Origin: Lepidodermella squamata
Lineage: Eukaryota > Animalia > Gastrotricha
Direction of reading: 5' to 3'
DNA: 64,000 nt
NCBI GenBank assembly: GCA_047495785.1
Contig: JBLDXI010000001.1
Span: 1,984,001 to 2,048,000 of the forward strand
Every line of letters starts with the position of its first letter. Position 1 is the stretch's first letter. The translations under genes were made by a program, and so were the position numbers. Under the pieces are notes generated by a model. That model was given only the letters and a program-made list of their open reading frames with translations. It was not told the DNA's origin and made no database searches. Below, piece by piece: positions 13,110 through 24,300 of this stretch.

Positions 13110-15602
13110 TCAGAGATTAAATTCTCGAACAGTTCGCCCCGGGGTATCAGGTGCCGCAGATCGGCTGATTTTCCTGAACGATGTGATTAGCGGATAAATA
13201 CCAGCAAGGCTTGTCGAATTCCCAAGCACGAGAGCTCCACACGAAATTACTAGGACCTGTAAGGTTGGCTGAGAGACTGGAACAATGAGCATTAGAAAGA
13301 GAACTGTCACGGATATTGTCGCTTGATTCATAAAAGCAACTCGCATGGCAACACATTCTGGCCTTAACGTTTCATCGAAGGTCACATAACGAAGTTGGAT
13401 GGCGAAAAAAACATTAGCAATAAGAATGAGGATGTGATAAATGGCGAGTCCAATTACCCAAAACCATTCATGAGCTGACTCACACGTAAAGTCAACGTAA
13501 ACAAAATAAGCGTCTTGGTTGTAATCGAATGAAACATTTGACTTCTGCCGCGTCATTTTCACTGGATTGACATTAAGCCATATCGCAAGTAACATTGAGG
13601 AGATTGATACGACGCCGAACGCTGCCATTGGTGTAAGGAAATCCATATTCTTTCTTCCAGTGATTGAGACCTTCACAACTTCTTCAACGTTGCCCAACGC
13701 ATGAACGATGGGCCTTAATGAGTTGGACGTTACATCGTGAGGTACCATTCGGCGATGAGGCACAGGTGACCTTGAACCACCAGAGCCGTTGGATGAGACT
13801 GAGTTGACAGTGTTGAATTGACTACGTTGATTGCTGATCAATCTTCGATTCTTCATCTTTACCCTGTAGCTATTTCCAATTATCGCGAAGAAATCTCTCA
13901 TAATTTTGTAGAGAATCGCAGATCTTGAGAATACACAACTGTACTGCAACGAAACGCCAAAAGTCAGAATGATTGCTTTTAACGGGCAGATAATATGTGG
14001 CGATGCCTTTTCGTCCAACGCTAGTAAAATAGCCGCAAGATTGAGGAGTATACCCCCAATGAGCATGGGTGAGTTCTTCGTAATGTACAATTTGTCTCGT
14101 TTGATAACGAGAGAGGCAAACGCAACAATGTGTCCTACTATTCCCATAAAAGAAACAACTGTAATGAGCCAAAACAAGGAGGGTGGAAAGGTGTCTACTA
14201 TAGCTTCAATTTTTGATAGATCCTTCGGGGCTTGACCGTTGTTGCGATGCCAAACAACTGGTGCGAATTCTTCAATGCTGTACGCGTTGTAATCGAAGAT
14301 TCTCGAAGCATTCGATCCCAGATAGGAAATTTTATGAGTAAGTCGCATGGAGTTGTTGATCCACTGGCTTGCGTACTGGGGTTCAAAGTCGTATTCAATT
14401 CGTTCTGAAAACCTCAGCCTGCCAACACGGAGTCCGACGATGTCGAGCTTGGAAGCAGTATCATTTACAACCATCATAACATCCTCAGGTCTGGTCTGAA
14501 AATTTGCAATGGTCATGTTGATTGCATTCAAAGTACTCTCGCTGTTACTCAGAGTCGCCAAGGCCTGCAACATTGTGTCATGGCAACGATGTCTCTGAAT
14601 GTAGTCCGGAGATCGGCTATTGTTAGTCAACTTATCGAGCATAGTTTCAAACTCAGCTAGATCATAGCCGAGAGAAGTTTTTCCTTGGTTCAAATAGGCG
14701 ATCTCAGATGGACCGAGCCAGATTGTCCGCTTAACCTGTTCAGCCATCGAACTTTGCGTACATCCTGGAGGGTACCTGTTTTCAGGCGAGTAAGGATCGA
14801 AAAATACCAGTGGTAGGGCGATGAACAGGTAGTTAGGCCCAGTAGCTCCTCCAAGGTAGGCATAGCAAAGGAAAAGAATCAATCGCGACACTTCCGTAAA
14901 CAAAATTGTGATGATTCTTGTATCTGTTTCGAAAAGAGGCGCAACTGTTTCTGCATTGATGTCGTAAAGGTTTCCAAACCAAGTTACTTCGATCCCAAGT
15001 TTCGTCGCAGCTGAGTAGTAAGCCAAGGCGTTGAGAAACTGATTCGCGTTACCGGCGAAACTCAGAATTCCAAGCTGTTTCCAGGCAGCAACTTTGCGAA
15101 TGAATTGGATTTGAATTAATGGTAGCGAGTCGTAAGAAATTCGATTGCGGTAGAGATTAGGGTAGCTCTTCCTGTTAGCAGTGAACGCAACTCCGCCGCA
15201 ATGAGTGGCAAACTGAACGAAGTTGTTCGCCCGAGCAGATCTGGCCACATGTTGGCACGATAAGAACGTTCCAATGAAAACAGGCGAAACAAGGCTAACA
15301 TTACTTCTTCCAGAATCAATGCCGAAATCTCGAAGGTAGTCAATGAAACCCTTCGGAACGAAGCGCACGACTTCGCCTTCGTCGCGATATACCACGTCGA
15401 TTTTATACCCCGGTATGAATCTTTCGGCATTAGCGTTAAACCAATTGACAGCAACATCCATGGATGCTTGACATATTCTGCCGTCTCGAGGCGCGTTACC
15501 AGTGAAAGGAATGAAAGCTAACATTTTCAGCTCCTTCGCACCTTTCGCATGAAATCCAAGATTCAACAGTATCAAACTTAAGGTTAAAATTGAAGCCATC
15601 AT
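13110..15602 (-). CDS. Divergent class C GPCR, GABA-B receptor-like (Venus-flytrap/ANF-receptor domain + 7TM, no cysteine-rich domain), intronless CDS
   Basis: 830-aa ORF with a signal peptide, VFT motifs (IPGYKIDVVYRD, NRKSYPNLYR, WKQLGIL, TRIITI, GPNYLFI), stalk 'WHRNNGQAPKD' and seven hydrophobic segments including CPLKAIILTFGVSLQYSCVF and IWLNVNP..CES. Minus-strand AATAAA at ~13060. Confidence 0.85.
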   Translation of the reverse strand: MMASILTLSLILLNLGFHAKGAKELKMLAFIPFTGNAPRDGRICQASMDVAVNWFNANAERFIPGYKIDVVYRDEGEVVRFVPKGFIDYLRDFGIDSGRSNVSLVSPVFIGTFLSCQHVARSARANNFVQFATHCGGVAFTANRKSYPNLYRNRISYDSLPLIQIQFIRKVAAWKQLGILSFAGNANQFLNALAYYSAATKLGIEVTWFGNLYDINAETVAPLFETDTRIITILFTEVSRLILFLCYAYLGGATGPNYLFIALPLVFFDPYSPENRYPPGCTQSSMAEQVKRTIWLGPSEIAYLNQGKTSLGYDLAEFETMLDKLTNNSRSPDYIQRHRCHDTMLQALATLSNSESTLNAINMTIANFQTRPEDVMMVVNDTASKLDIVGLRVGRLRFSERIEYDFEPQYASQWINNSMRLTHKISYLGSNASRIFDYNAYSIEEFAPVVWHRNNGQAPKDLSKIEAIVDTFPPSLFWLITVVSFMGIVGHIVAFASLVIKRDKLYITKNSPMLIGGILLNLAAILLALDEKASPHIICPLKAIILTFGVSLQYSCVFSRSAILYKIMRDFFAIIGNSYRVKMKNRRLISNQRSQFNTVNSVSSNGSGGSRSPVPHRRMVPHDVTSNSLRPIVHALGNVEEVVKVSITGRKNMDFLTPMAAFGVVSISSMLLAIWLNVNPVKMTRQKSNVSFDYNQDAYFVYVDFTCESAHEWFWVIGLAIYHILILIANVFFAIQLRYVTFDETLRPECVAMRVAFMNQATISVTVLFLMLIVPVSQPTLQVLVISCGALVLGNSTSLAGIYPLITSFRKISRSAAPDTPGRTVREFNL

Positions 15603-16472
15603 ATTTATCTAAAAGCAAAAAACGAGTATAAATACATTTTCAGCGGGACTTAATCTAAGAGGCTTCCATAGATCACTGCGTTCTCTATATGGATGCTTCA
15701 AAGGAGCAAGACCTAATTATAGCCCTCGAAGCGTCGGGTTTGTAATTGAAACCAGCAACAACATCTCAACTTTTGCACGTGATTGACCTCACCACACTTA
15801 TACCTAATTAGCTGTAGATATTTTCTCTGCTGAATGAAGAGGTTACAAGCTATGACGACCCATTTAAATACAGGACTTCGCTTCAATAATTTATTCGCTG
15901 CGTAGTGAGGAGGAAATTTCAATCTTTTTCGAGTTATTTCCGCTAATCACGGCGTCTTTGGCGCTTCATTTGCGCTTCCTGGGTAGATTCCTCGAGGTTT
16001 CTCCACTGCAATGCATTTTGAATTACTTAACGTTTCGGATTTCGTAAGCCTGCTCCGTAAAACTTGGACGCTCATCTCCGCACGCTCGTCGTCTATTGCT
16101 ACTGACCACGCTGAAGCGTGCGGAAATTATCATCAGTCTCTATGGCTGAGTCAAACAATTGCGATACGTGTGGAGCCGCTGCATTTTTTGATAGCCGGAA
16201 CGCAATTACTTGCGTGGGGGATATGCGGAATTGCGCTAGAAGAATCTTATCGAAGCGATGAAAATCAAGCCAAATCTCGAAGCTCGTACGTTCCGTTATC
16301 TTTCTGACTATCAGGGGATATCTTTCAAACAAATCGAACATTCTCAAAAAAAAGGTACATTGTATTTTCAAGCAAAAATGATAACAGGATGTAGGACAAT
16401 GCAACACTGATTGAGTAAAATGCAAAAGAAATAGTCTGAAAATGTGAGTCAGTTAGTCTGGGAGCTCTGCGC

Positions 16473-17719
16473 TCAAAATCCGGTCAAAACACGCTTGGCA
16501 CGATAATCCTTGATACCGGGCGAGTTCTCAATTTCAACCTTCAAAGCAGCAAGGCCCGGGTACTTGTTGCGTAGATCGTCTTCAGTAATCAAGGGCGGAC
16601 GGTCAACTACGAAAATAATAATTGCAATTGCAAGGTACTGTAAATCGAGATAAAATTGTTCCAAACTTACAGCGCTGGCCAGAGATTTCAAAACTCTGCT
16701 CGAGAAGCATATTCTCCAAGAGACAAGCAACAGCGAGATCAGCGTACGTAGGCTGTAGTCGAGATTATGCTGAAATTTATATCTAAACTGAACTTGAAAC
16801 TGTTATACCTTTTCCCCGCCGAGCAGAAATTTCCCATCATTTTTCTTCAAGGTATCTTCGTAAACGGCCAAGAAACGATGAAGGCGCTTCTGAGCCTTAG
16901 CGATTGCTTTCTCCTGCAAAAAAGGGGACACAATTACTATTAAACAAAAGGTGATTCAAAAGGTACGCACTTTTTTAGCCGCATCGAACTCCATGAGTAG
17001 CTTGTCACTAATTTCATTGAGGTCGCGCGTGCTGAAGAATAATCAAATTGGCATTTGATCATTGAATCGAACTGAATGGAAAACACACCTTTCGAAGATC
17101 TCGTCAGCGGCTCCACTGGCTGCAATAGAGTCGCCTGCCATGCCGTGAATGTGAGCGTAGGTACGCAGAATGGTGCCACTCTGGCTCATCATCTTGACTA
17201 GTTTGCCATCTTTCGTAACCTTGATTACGGGAAGTTGTCCATAAGGCAGCTCTGAAAACAAAGCAATTCAGAAAACAAATAGTATGAGAAAATATGGAGA
17301 ATTTATAAGATGAAGCAAGTGAAAAACGAGGTTAGAAAAAATTTTCAGTAAATCGCGAGTGGGTTTCCACGTCACAGAATACCTCTGAGAGATGAGCTCT
17401 ATCGACTGAGCGTTTAAAAATATAAAGCGATGCGAATATGAAGGGATGAAAAAGTGAACATTTTCGATGGTTAATTTCGTATTCAATTTCCACAGCGACT
17501 CTGATGTTTATTCTCCTCAATTCGGTCAAATAAGAAATCTAGCTACAAACCCGATTTCACTGCTTCCCAATCGTCCAAAGTGTCCATAGTCACACGCACG
17601 TCATCAAAATCGATGTTAGCGAGAGCGAACAAGTAGCGAATCGGCTCAGCGCGTCCCCGGCCGTCAAAGTAAACCAGGCTCATCTTTTCACCATTACTTT
17701 CGTTCGATTCGGCGGCCAT
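16473..17719 (-). CDS. Glutathione S-transferase, sigma-class-like (6 exons)
   Basis: Spliced product MAAESNESNGEKMSLVYFDGRGRAEPIRYLFALANIDFDDVRV..ELPYGQLPVI..MSQSGTILR..GKFLLGGEKPTYADL..KYPGLAALKVEIENSPGIKDYRAKR. It has the catalytic Tyr motif YFxxRGRAE, GQLP, QS and the N-cap T-Y-A-D. Confidence 0.92.
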
Positions 17720-17988
17720 CCTCTACAACTGATAGAAATGTCTGATCAAAAATCTAAAATGAACAACACTATGAAAGTGGGGTTATAACACAAAATAACC
17801 AAACGGTTTGATGAAGCTTTAAGCAGGAGTAATGCAATAAAAACAAGACTGGTGTAATAAAAATAGTAGGTCATCGGCTATGCGTACGCAGGATATAAAA
17901 TTGCAGCTCACGTGAACTGATGAAATGCGTCGTTTTTACCATTCCTCGTCGCACTAATAACAATAACTTCGAATTCGATGCAACGCAA

Positions 17989-18263
17989 TACCGTATTTTA
18001 TCGAAAAATCGGAACTCGGAAAATGGTGAAAGCATCGTGGATTATTTGAGGCGGGCTTTTGTGCAAGCCAGGTAATTATTAATCCTGAAACAGGGGAGAA
18101 ACAGGGGAAATGATTTCCCATGTTTCAACCGGCTCTTCAATCGCGTGGCTATTATTAGGGGCGGGCTATTATTAACCTTTGCACCCGGTATTTATTCGAA
18201 TTTTCAGGACTGTTATTCGAGGGGGTTATTATTTGAGTAGGATGCTATTCGGTAAAATACGGA
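17989..18263. mobile_element. Non-autonomous Tc1/mariner-type MITE (CCGTATTT...AAATACGG termini)
   Basis: Left ta|CCGTATTTTATCGAA and right TTCGGTAAAATACGG are inverted repeats with one mismatch. Internal degenerate GCTATTATT/GGGGGTTATTATTTGAG subrepeats. The TA flank is intact only on the left. Confidence 0.65.
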
Positions 18264-18662
18264 TAAAATGCCTTCCCATTCGTGCTATTCAATGAGATGT
18301 GAGCATATAGGTGAACAAGTCAACAGAGCGCCCTCGGCCATCATAGTAGACTGAGATTTACCTCGCCAAATCAATTCGAGCTACCGGACATTTTTCAAGC
18401 AAAAATGTTCCTATAAGAACGAAAGACAATTCTAACGAAGTTCTTAGCCGCTAAAGGGAATTATTAACCACAAAGATTTAGCCATGCATGTTGTATTATG
18501 GAACGACGGAGTGATAACATGCCGCAATTCAACCTTCAATTATCTGCCGACAAGAGAAAAATGTAGGTCATTCGCGGCGGCGGTGTGACTGTATTATTAT
18601 AGCTGTAAACCTGACGTTGCTGCGAGAGCTAAAAATAAAACGATTATTTTGAAAAACAATAT

Positions 18663-18736
18663 TGGTGGATGTGATCGAAAGATAAACCGTAGCTAACTAT
18701 TAGTTAACTAGCAGTTAGCTTTGATCACATCCATCA
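18663..18736. repeat. Short imperfect palindrome/hairpin
   Basis: TGGTGGATGTGATC pairs with GATCACATCCATCA, and AGCTAACT..TAG pairs with CTAGCAGTTAGCT, with a ~12-nt bulge on the 5' arm. Confidence 0.75.
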
Positions 18737-20015
18737 TGGTAAATTAATCAGCCTCAGTTATTGATAGTCAACTATAATAACCCCGGTAATTTAAAACCGC
18801 AGTACAGTTTCAGATTTAGGCAATTCGCCTCAATTCAGGCAAAAAATGAGGCAGCAGAGGCCGAATATTGGCCCCCTATCAAAGTTGGCATAATTTTGGA
18901 AAAGGAACTCTGTCTACAAAATAAAAAATCAGACTTTTATCGCAATCGTCAAACAGCTCAATTTTTGGGAAATCGAATGCAATTTTCTTCATCTGCCTTT
19001 ACACTGTTTATTAACCAGCAAACCAGGCCGCTATCAAAGTCGTCAAGGGCAAACTTGATAGCTCATAGAGAATTTGTGCCTTATTTCAGCTACTTTTCAC
19101 AGCATGTAACTTGGTGTGTATGATCAAGCCGAAATAAGTAGAAATGACCCGTGTGTAATCTTTGCTACCCGGCACATTTATTTGCATAAGTGCCTCAATA
19201 CTTTCCTCAACATAGAACGACCACCCTAATCATTCTGGCATGCCTATAACAAAAGATGATTGTTGTCGTTTAACCAACAGACGCGGAAGACAGGAAAATG
19301 TCGATATTTAGACGCAATTTTCGATATAAGATCTTCCTGAAACAGCGAACCTTTTCTGGTCGAGACTTGGTGACGGCCGAGACGGCCATCAATAAGTTAT
19401 CGAAGTCTTAGAATGGAAAAGAGCTCCAGTGTCATGAATGTAACCAGGTGGGGAGATCTCGCGCCTTGATTTTCGTTTTTAATTTGTGCCGGTCCATGTT
19501 TGAGTCAGAGAGAAAAAGCAATTCTTCGACCTCCGAAAAAGTGTGCTCTGATGATCGGAACACCAGTCATGAATCCGATTATGGAGACATGCGGTCGGGG
19601 TGCTCTTTTTTATACTTATAAGCGACCAGTTCCGGGTTCACGACAATGCGGCTGGAACGGCGTCCAACCGACCGCCATTTTTGATCGGAGGCAACAATAG
19701 TTTGAGAGCCACTGAGTTGGAGCTTTATATGTACATCAGACCTTCAATTCCTCCAACTGTTCACGCGATGAAGATAAAGATCTTTCAATATACTTGGACT
19801 AAGTCAATCATTGGCAACTAGCAATTCGCTGAATTTTATTACTGCTGCATGATGAGGCGTCAGGCTCGCTGAGGTGTGAGGAGGTCACGTCTCCAAAACT
19901 TCGAATGTCGGGTTGAAATGAAGCAGCATGGGAGCAAGCGCTTGACAACAGCTGCTGCATAACACTCACTGTAGGAATCTTCGGAGGCGACTTAGTAACG
20001 AGGTCGGAAAATCGG

Positions 20016-20075
20016 AACCCTAATCACTAATCACTAATCGAAAAACCCAAAACCAAAACCAAAACCAAAACTAAA
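20016..20075 (+). repeat. Simple repeats AACCCTAATC(ACTAATC)2 and (CAAAAC)n
   Basis: Read directly from the sequence: aaccctaatcactaatcactaatc..aaaacccaaaaccaaaaccaaaaccaaaactaaaa. Confidence 0.8.
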
Positions 20076-21328
20076 AGTTTGTGAAAAAAAAATCTACTGC
20101 GGCAACGCAATGATTTTCACATTTTTATTAATTTTTGACAAAATATATAAATTTCAGTTTTAATTTATTAGCATATAAAAACTTTGTATGTTTTGCGCGG
20201 TATATTTTTAAAAGTTGCTTTTCTGTAGTTAGTTGTAGGCGCACTAATGTAGTATGCGCAATACTGCGGAAGCGGCAGTGTAATCTGTAATCGATCGATT
20301 CTCTGCACCAATCTGCAATAATGTTAGTGTTAGTTATTGCATTACTATATGAAAGGCTTTTGATGTTATCCGGCGATGACGAACATGAATGAATGTATGT
20401 GTGATATCGACATTCCTACCAGCCCTCATTTGAAATGACAACATGTTGCCTGATTCTCAATATCGGATTTTTAGTCTTTTATTAATAACGTGACCGATTG
20501 TATATCAAAACCGTGTATACGGAAAATGTTCCGTCAAATCATTGGGAATGAAGGGTATGTTGACAACTGATTTGTTTGTAAACTTCAGCGATGAGAATTT
20601 GTGGGTCTCCATGTGTCCGCGTCTACCGGTCTAACTCTCAGGGGACAACTGGTTTTTATGACTTGCGATGCGCATTTGATTATTATTTTGCCTGTGCTTA
20701 ACTTGCTCATATTTGCTCATGCTTTTTCTACGACATTCCGTGAAACTGATCCTCGCCCACTTGGTTACCAGTTGATTTCTCAAAGCTCGACGCTGAATTG
20801 CCGTAGTCTAAATGCAGTACATATTGAAGGAACACTTTTCAATGATTTTATATTGGCTATTTTAACTTCTAACTATTCTAACTATTCTAGCTTATTATAA
20901 CTTAGGTATCAATTTGAGTTTTAATAGGATGTTGAATACGTTTGGCTAATGTGGCAACGATTTGTTTCTCCTTTTCTTACCGTCGATTATTCTCATCTTA
21001 CTGGAGCCAACGTTTTGCTCCGCAGTTTTTCTGGATTAGTCTGCATTTAATGTCCAGCGTTAATTTATATATATATATTTACTGGCTTGCTTGTTCACGC
21101 CCGCCTGTTTAGGATCTTTTCGTTAGGGCTGGTCGGACTGAAGGTTAAATTTTACATGTAGGTGTTGATTTTCGGCAAAATACGATCTAATTAGACGACT
21201 GCCTTACGATCTGATTGACCACCAGTGTTAAAGCTGCTTCACTGACAACTTTCTTTATTTTTCCTCAGATACCCTAATGTAGGTATTTAAATTAATTACG
21301 CTTCAAGTGTCGTCCGCCAATGCTCTGA

Positions 21329-24300
21329 ATGGCGGTGCCGATAGAGCTTGCGAAGTCTGATCGGTGTCGGAGCGCAGGTGGCAACGATGCAACTCAGAAG
21401 AAAGGCGTTTGCTACATACCATTAACCGTCGAATCATTTTTATGGCAACAGACATGGTAATTTAATTTTACATCCATCTTGCTTAGCATTATTCACCCAA
21501 TGATACCTTCATAAAGCTCCCAGGGACAGCGAGTAGTTAGCCGTAGTTTTCATTGCTGCTGACCTACTAAGCAATATTATTGTTGGGTATATTTAACAAT
21601 CGGCGATGCTACGCATTCACTTGCTTGTTTATGTATCTGCCGCTGCTTCGTTTAAGGTAGAAAGGGCGAATACGGAAGAGCGGCCCAGTATACGATTTGT
21701 AATGTTCCCCGTAGGACGTTTGTTGGTTTTTCTTTATTCGTATGGGAATTTCTATTGCGGGCCGGCATCATTACACCCTTCGCAATGTTCATATCGGGAG
21801 GTTCTGTTATATAAATCCTGCTAATAATGTTTTATTCTGTTGTTTCTTCAAATATACAGTTCGTTCATGCGAGCAAGGCTTTCGAAAGTATGCGATGCGG
21901 CTTGTGCGGTGAGTTCGTTACTCGTGTTATTTTTTGCCAACATCATCGGCCGGCGGCGGGCTTTTGTGTTCACCACTGTTCATTTCGGTATTTTATATTG
22001 CCAACATATTACCGATATATGCATGTACACAGATGTGCTGCGCGAAAGTATTGTGCATTTTTGCCGTGCCCATCCGTCTAGCGCGATTCGGTTGTTCCTG
22101 CTTGCCTGCCTGCCTGCGAATCGAATAGGGGACTAGTATAATACTGCCAGGCTGTTTTCACTCGCGCTATGATATATAATCATTTGGTTGCCGCTGATAT
22201 ATATTATGGTCTGGCAGCCGTGTGCTGCTGATACACACGCGCACATTTACAAAATACGCGCATATATAAATCTACAGACAAAATAATAACAATCGATGTA
22301 CTAGACAGATATCCACATGGCCCCCATTTTCGCGCTCGGGAACAAGGACACGCACACAGAGCACGCGCATTGCTTTTTCAACAGTTTGACTTGATCATTG
22401 GTGATAAGAAGCAATCGATATTAAAGATAAGTACCTCACTAGTAACGAATGCGTAATGCAATATTTGGCACGCATCGATCGCCTGCTGTTCGGCGAATCG
22501 GCCGCGCTCGCGCGCGACGTAGTTTTATGGTAGTATTGTCAGCAAACTTTTTTCGGCGCCGTCAACCGACCGACCTCTTTCCGTCCGTTCGTCCGCTCGC
22601 CGTCTTCCCTTCAAACATGTGCTGTCGTCGGCCGGCGCGGCGAAGAAAAGACGCCGATGATTACTACGATGACGGCGCGATGATGAGAACGCCGAAAAAT
22701 ATATAAATACGCGCTGCACATAAGCGCGCGCGTGTGTGTAGCCAAAAGGAAGAGACGGGTTCTACAGCGATGTTGCGCATCGTACAAAAATACAAGCGCG
22801 CTCACTCTCTTATCGCGTGTATGTGTACATTTTGCCATAAAATAATAATAATAATAATAATAATAATGATAATAATAACAGTATCTACTATATGTAATTT
22901 CGTGCGCTCGTTTTGTTTTATAAAAATGTGCACATGGACGATGGCGGCGGCTGAGCGGACGCGCAACATAGAACTCCTCGTGGACACACAAAATTAAATC
23001 CCATATTATCCGCGCTGCACAGACAGCTCCACTTCAAAAATCTAAATAGGTTCTTTACATACTTTATTCCGGGCGGAATCAAGACAAGACTATGAAATGA
23101 CGACGGCGACGGCGATGATGATGATAATGATAATGATGTATGTATACGGCGACGATGTGACGTGATGTGGAGGAGACGATTGGGAAAGAGCGACGGCCTC
23201 GCTTTAAAATAGCGCATTTTTATAGAGACCAGCTAGGCGAATACGGATAAATGAGATAATCTATGCGTCGAACTCTCCAAATTCCTGAAATTTGTGTTCC
23301 CGTAATACATGGCATAGAATAATAGCCGATATGATTTAGGAGATGTATGCTTAGATAGGCACGCGTAGAATATGTCGCGACAAAAAAGAGCGCTGCCATT
23401 ATCATTATCGTCATCGAAAAATTGGGTTGTAATATTAAATAATGAGGCGGAAGTAAACGTTTCACCGCGTCCTGCTCGTCGCAAAAATTGCCGCGTTTAA
23501 TATTCGTGTGAAAGTTGACCCTAAAAAAACGAAATACAAACCGGTAATTTGCCGGCCGGTGATTGTTGACTTTGAAAGGACAGAAAAAAGCAAGAAGGAA
23601 GAGGAAATCAATTGACCTAGTTATAATTGATTTATTTTATTTACGCCGGCATGCAGTCTTTAGAAAGGATTCTCGTGCAAGGTATCTTGGATGGCCTCAC
23701 ACCGCCACTGCAACAGGCGATCAACTCGACACCGCGTTGGTACTTGATACGAGGAGCTTTCCCTCACATTTTACATTCGTGTGCTTCACTGCTGCGCCAC
23801 CGGGCATCGTTCGGCATTTCGGGCGAGCGACTGTCACCTAGTGAATCGAAAATGATGTACATACTCCATTGGATACTGCTCGACGCTTTGTCAGAATGCG
23901 TAGATTCGGCTGTGTTCAAGAATGGTATAAATATATCAATTTTGGATCAGTGGAGTTTTGAACGTTAATTGATCTTAATTACTTTTATAGAATCACTCCA
24001 CATAAGCAATTACCTCTTATCGCTGGATGACATTCGCCTTTTAGTGTATGCCTTAGTTCCGCTTTTGCATACTCTTCGAGAGTCCAATTTCAACGGCCCC
24101 AGACTCGAGGCCGGCCTCAAGTGAGTTTAAATCTAAATTTGATTTACAATCGTGATATATTAAGGAGGAATTATTATTTTCTAAATTTTGAATAATTATG
24201 CATAATTTGTGTAATTTGATTTAATTTTAGAATCTGGCAAGCTCTTTGGCGGTTTCGCCAGCCCGACGTTGTCTTTCTTTCGATGCCCGTGCGCGTCCGA

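Noticed and set aside
20010-20040. AACCCTAA as a telomerase RNA template or telomere
   Set aside because: Single copy, with no TTAGGG array and no recognisable pseudoknot or H/ACA domain; kept only as part of a low-interest finding.
22611-22997. ORFs with poly-Y or poly-I runs
   Set aside because: Translations of the intronic (ATA)n microsatellite.
23213-23270. ag|C GCA TTT TTA TAG AGA CCA resembling unc-80 exon 2 (AFL*RP)
   Set aside because: In-frame stop; the real 49-nt exon 2 is at 21860-21908.
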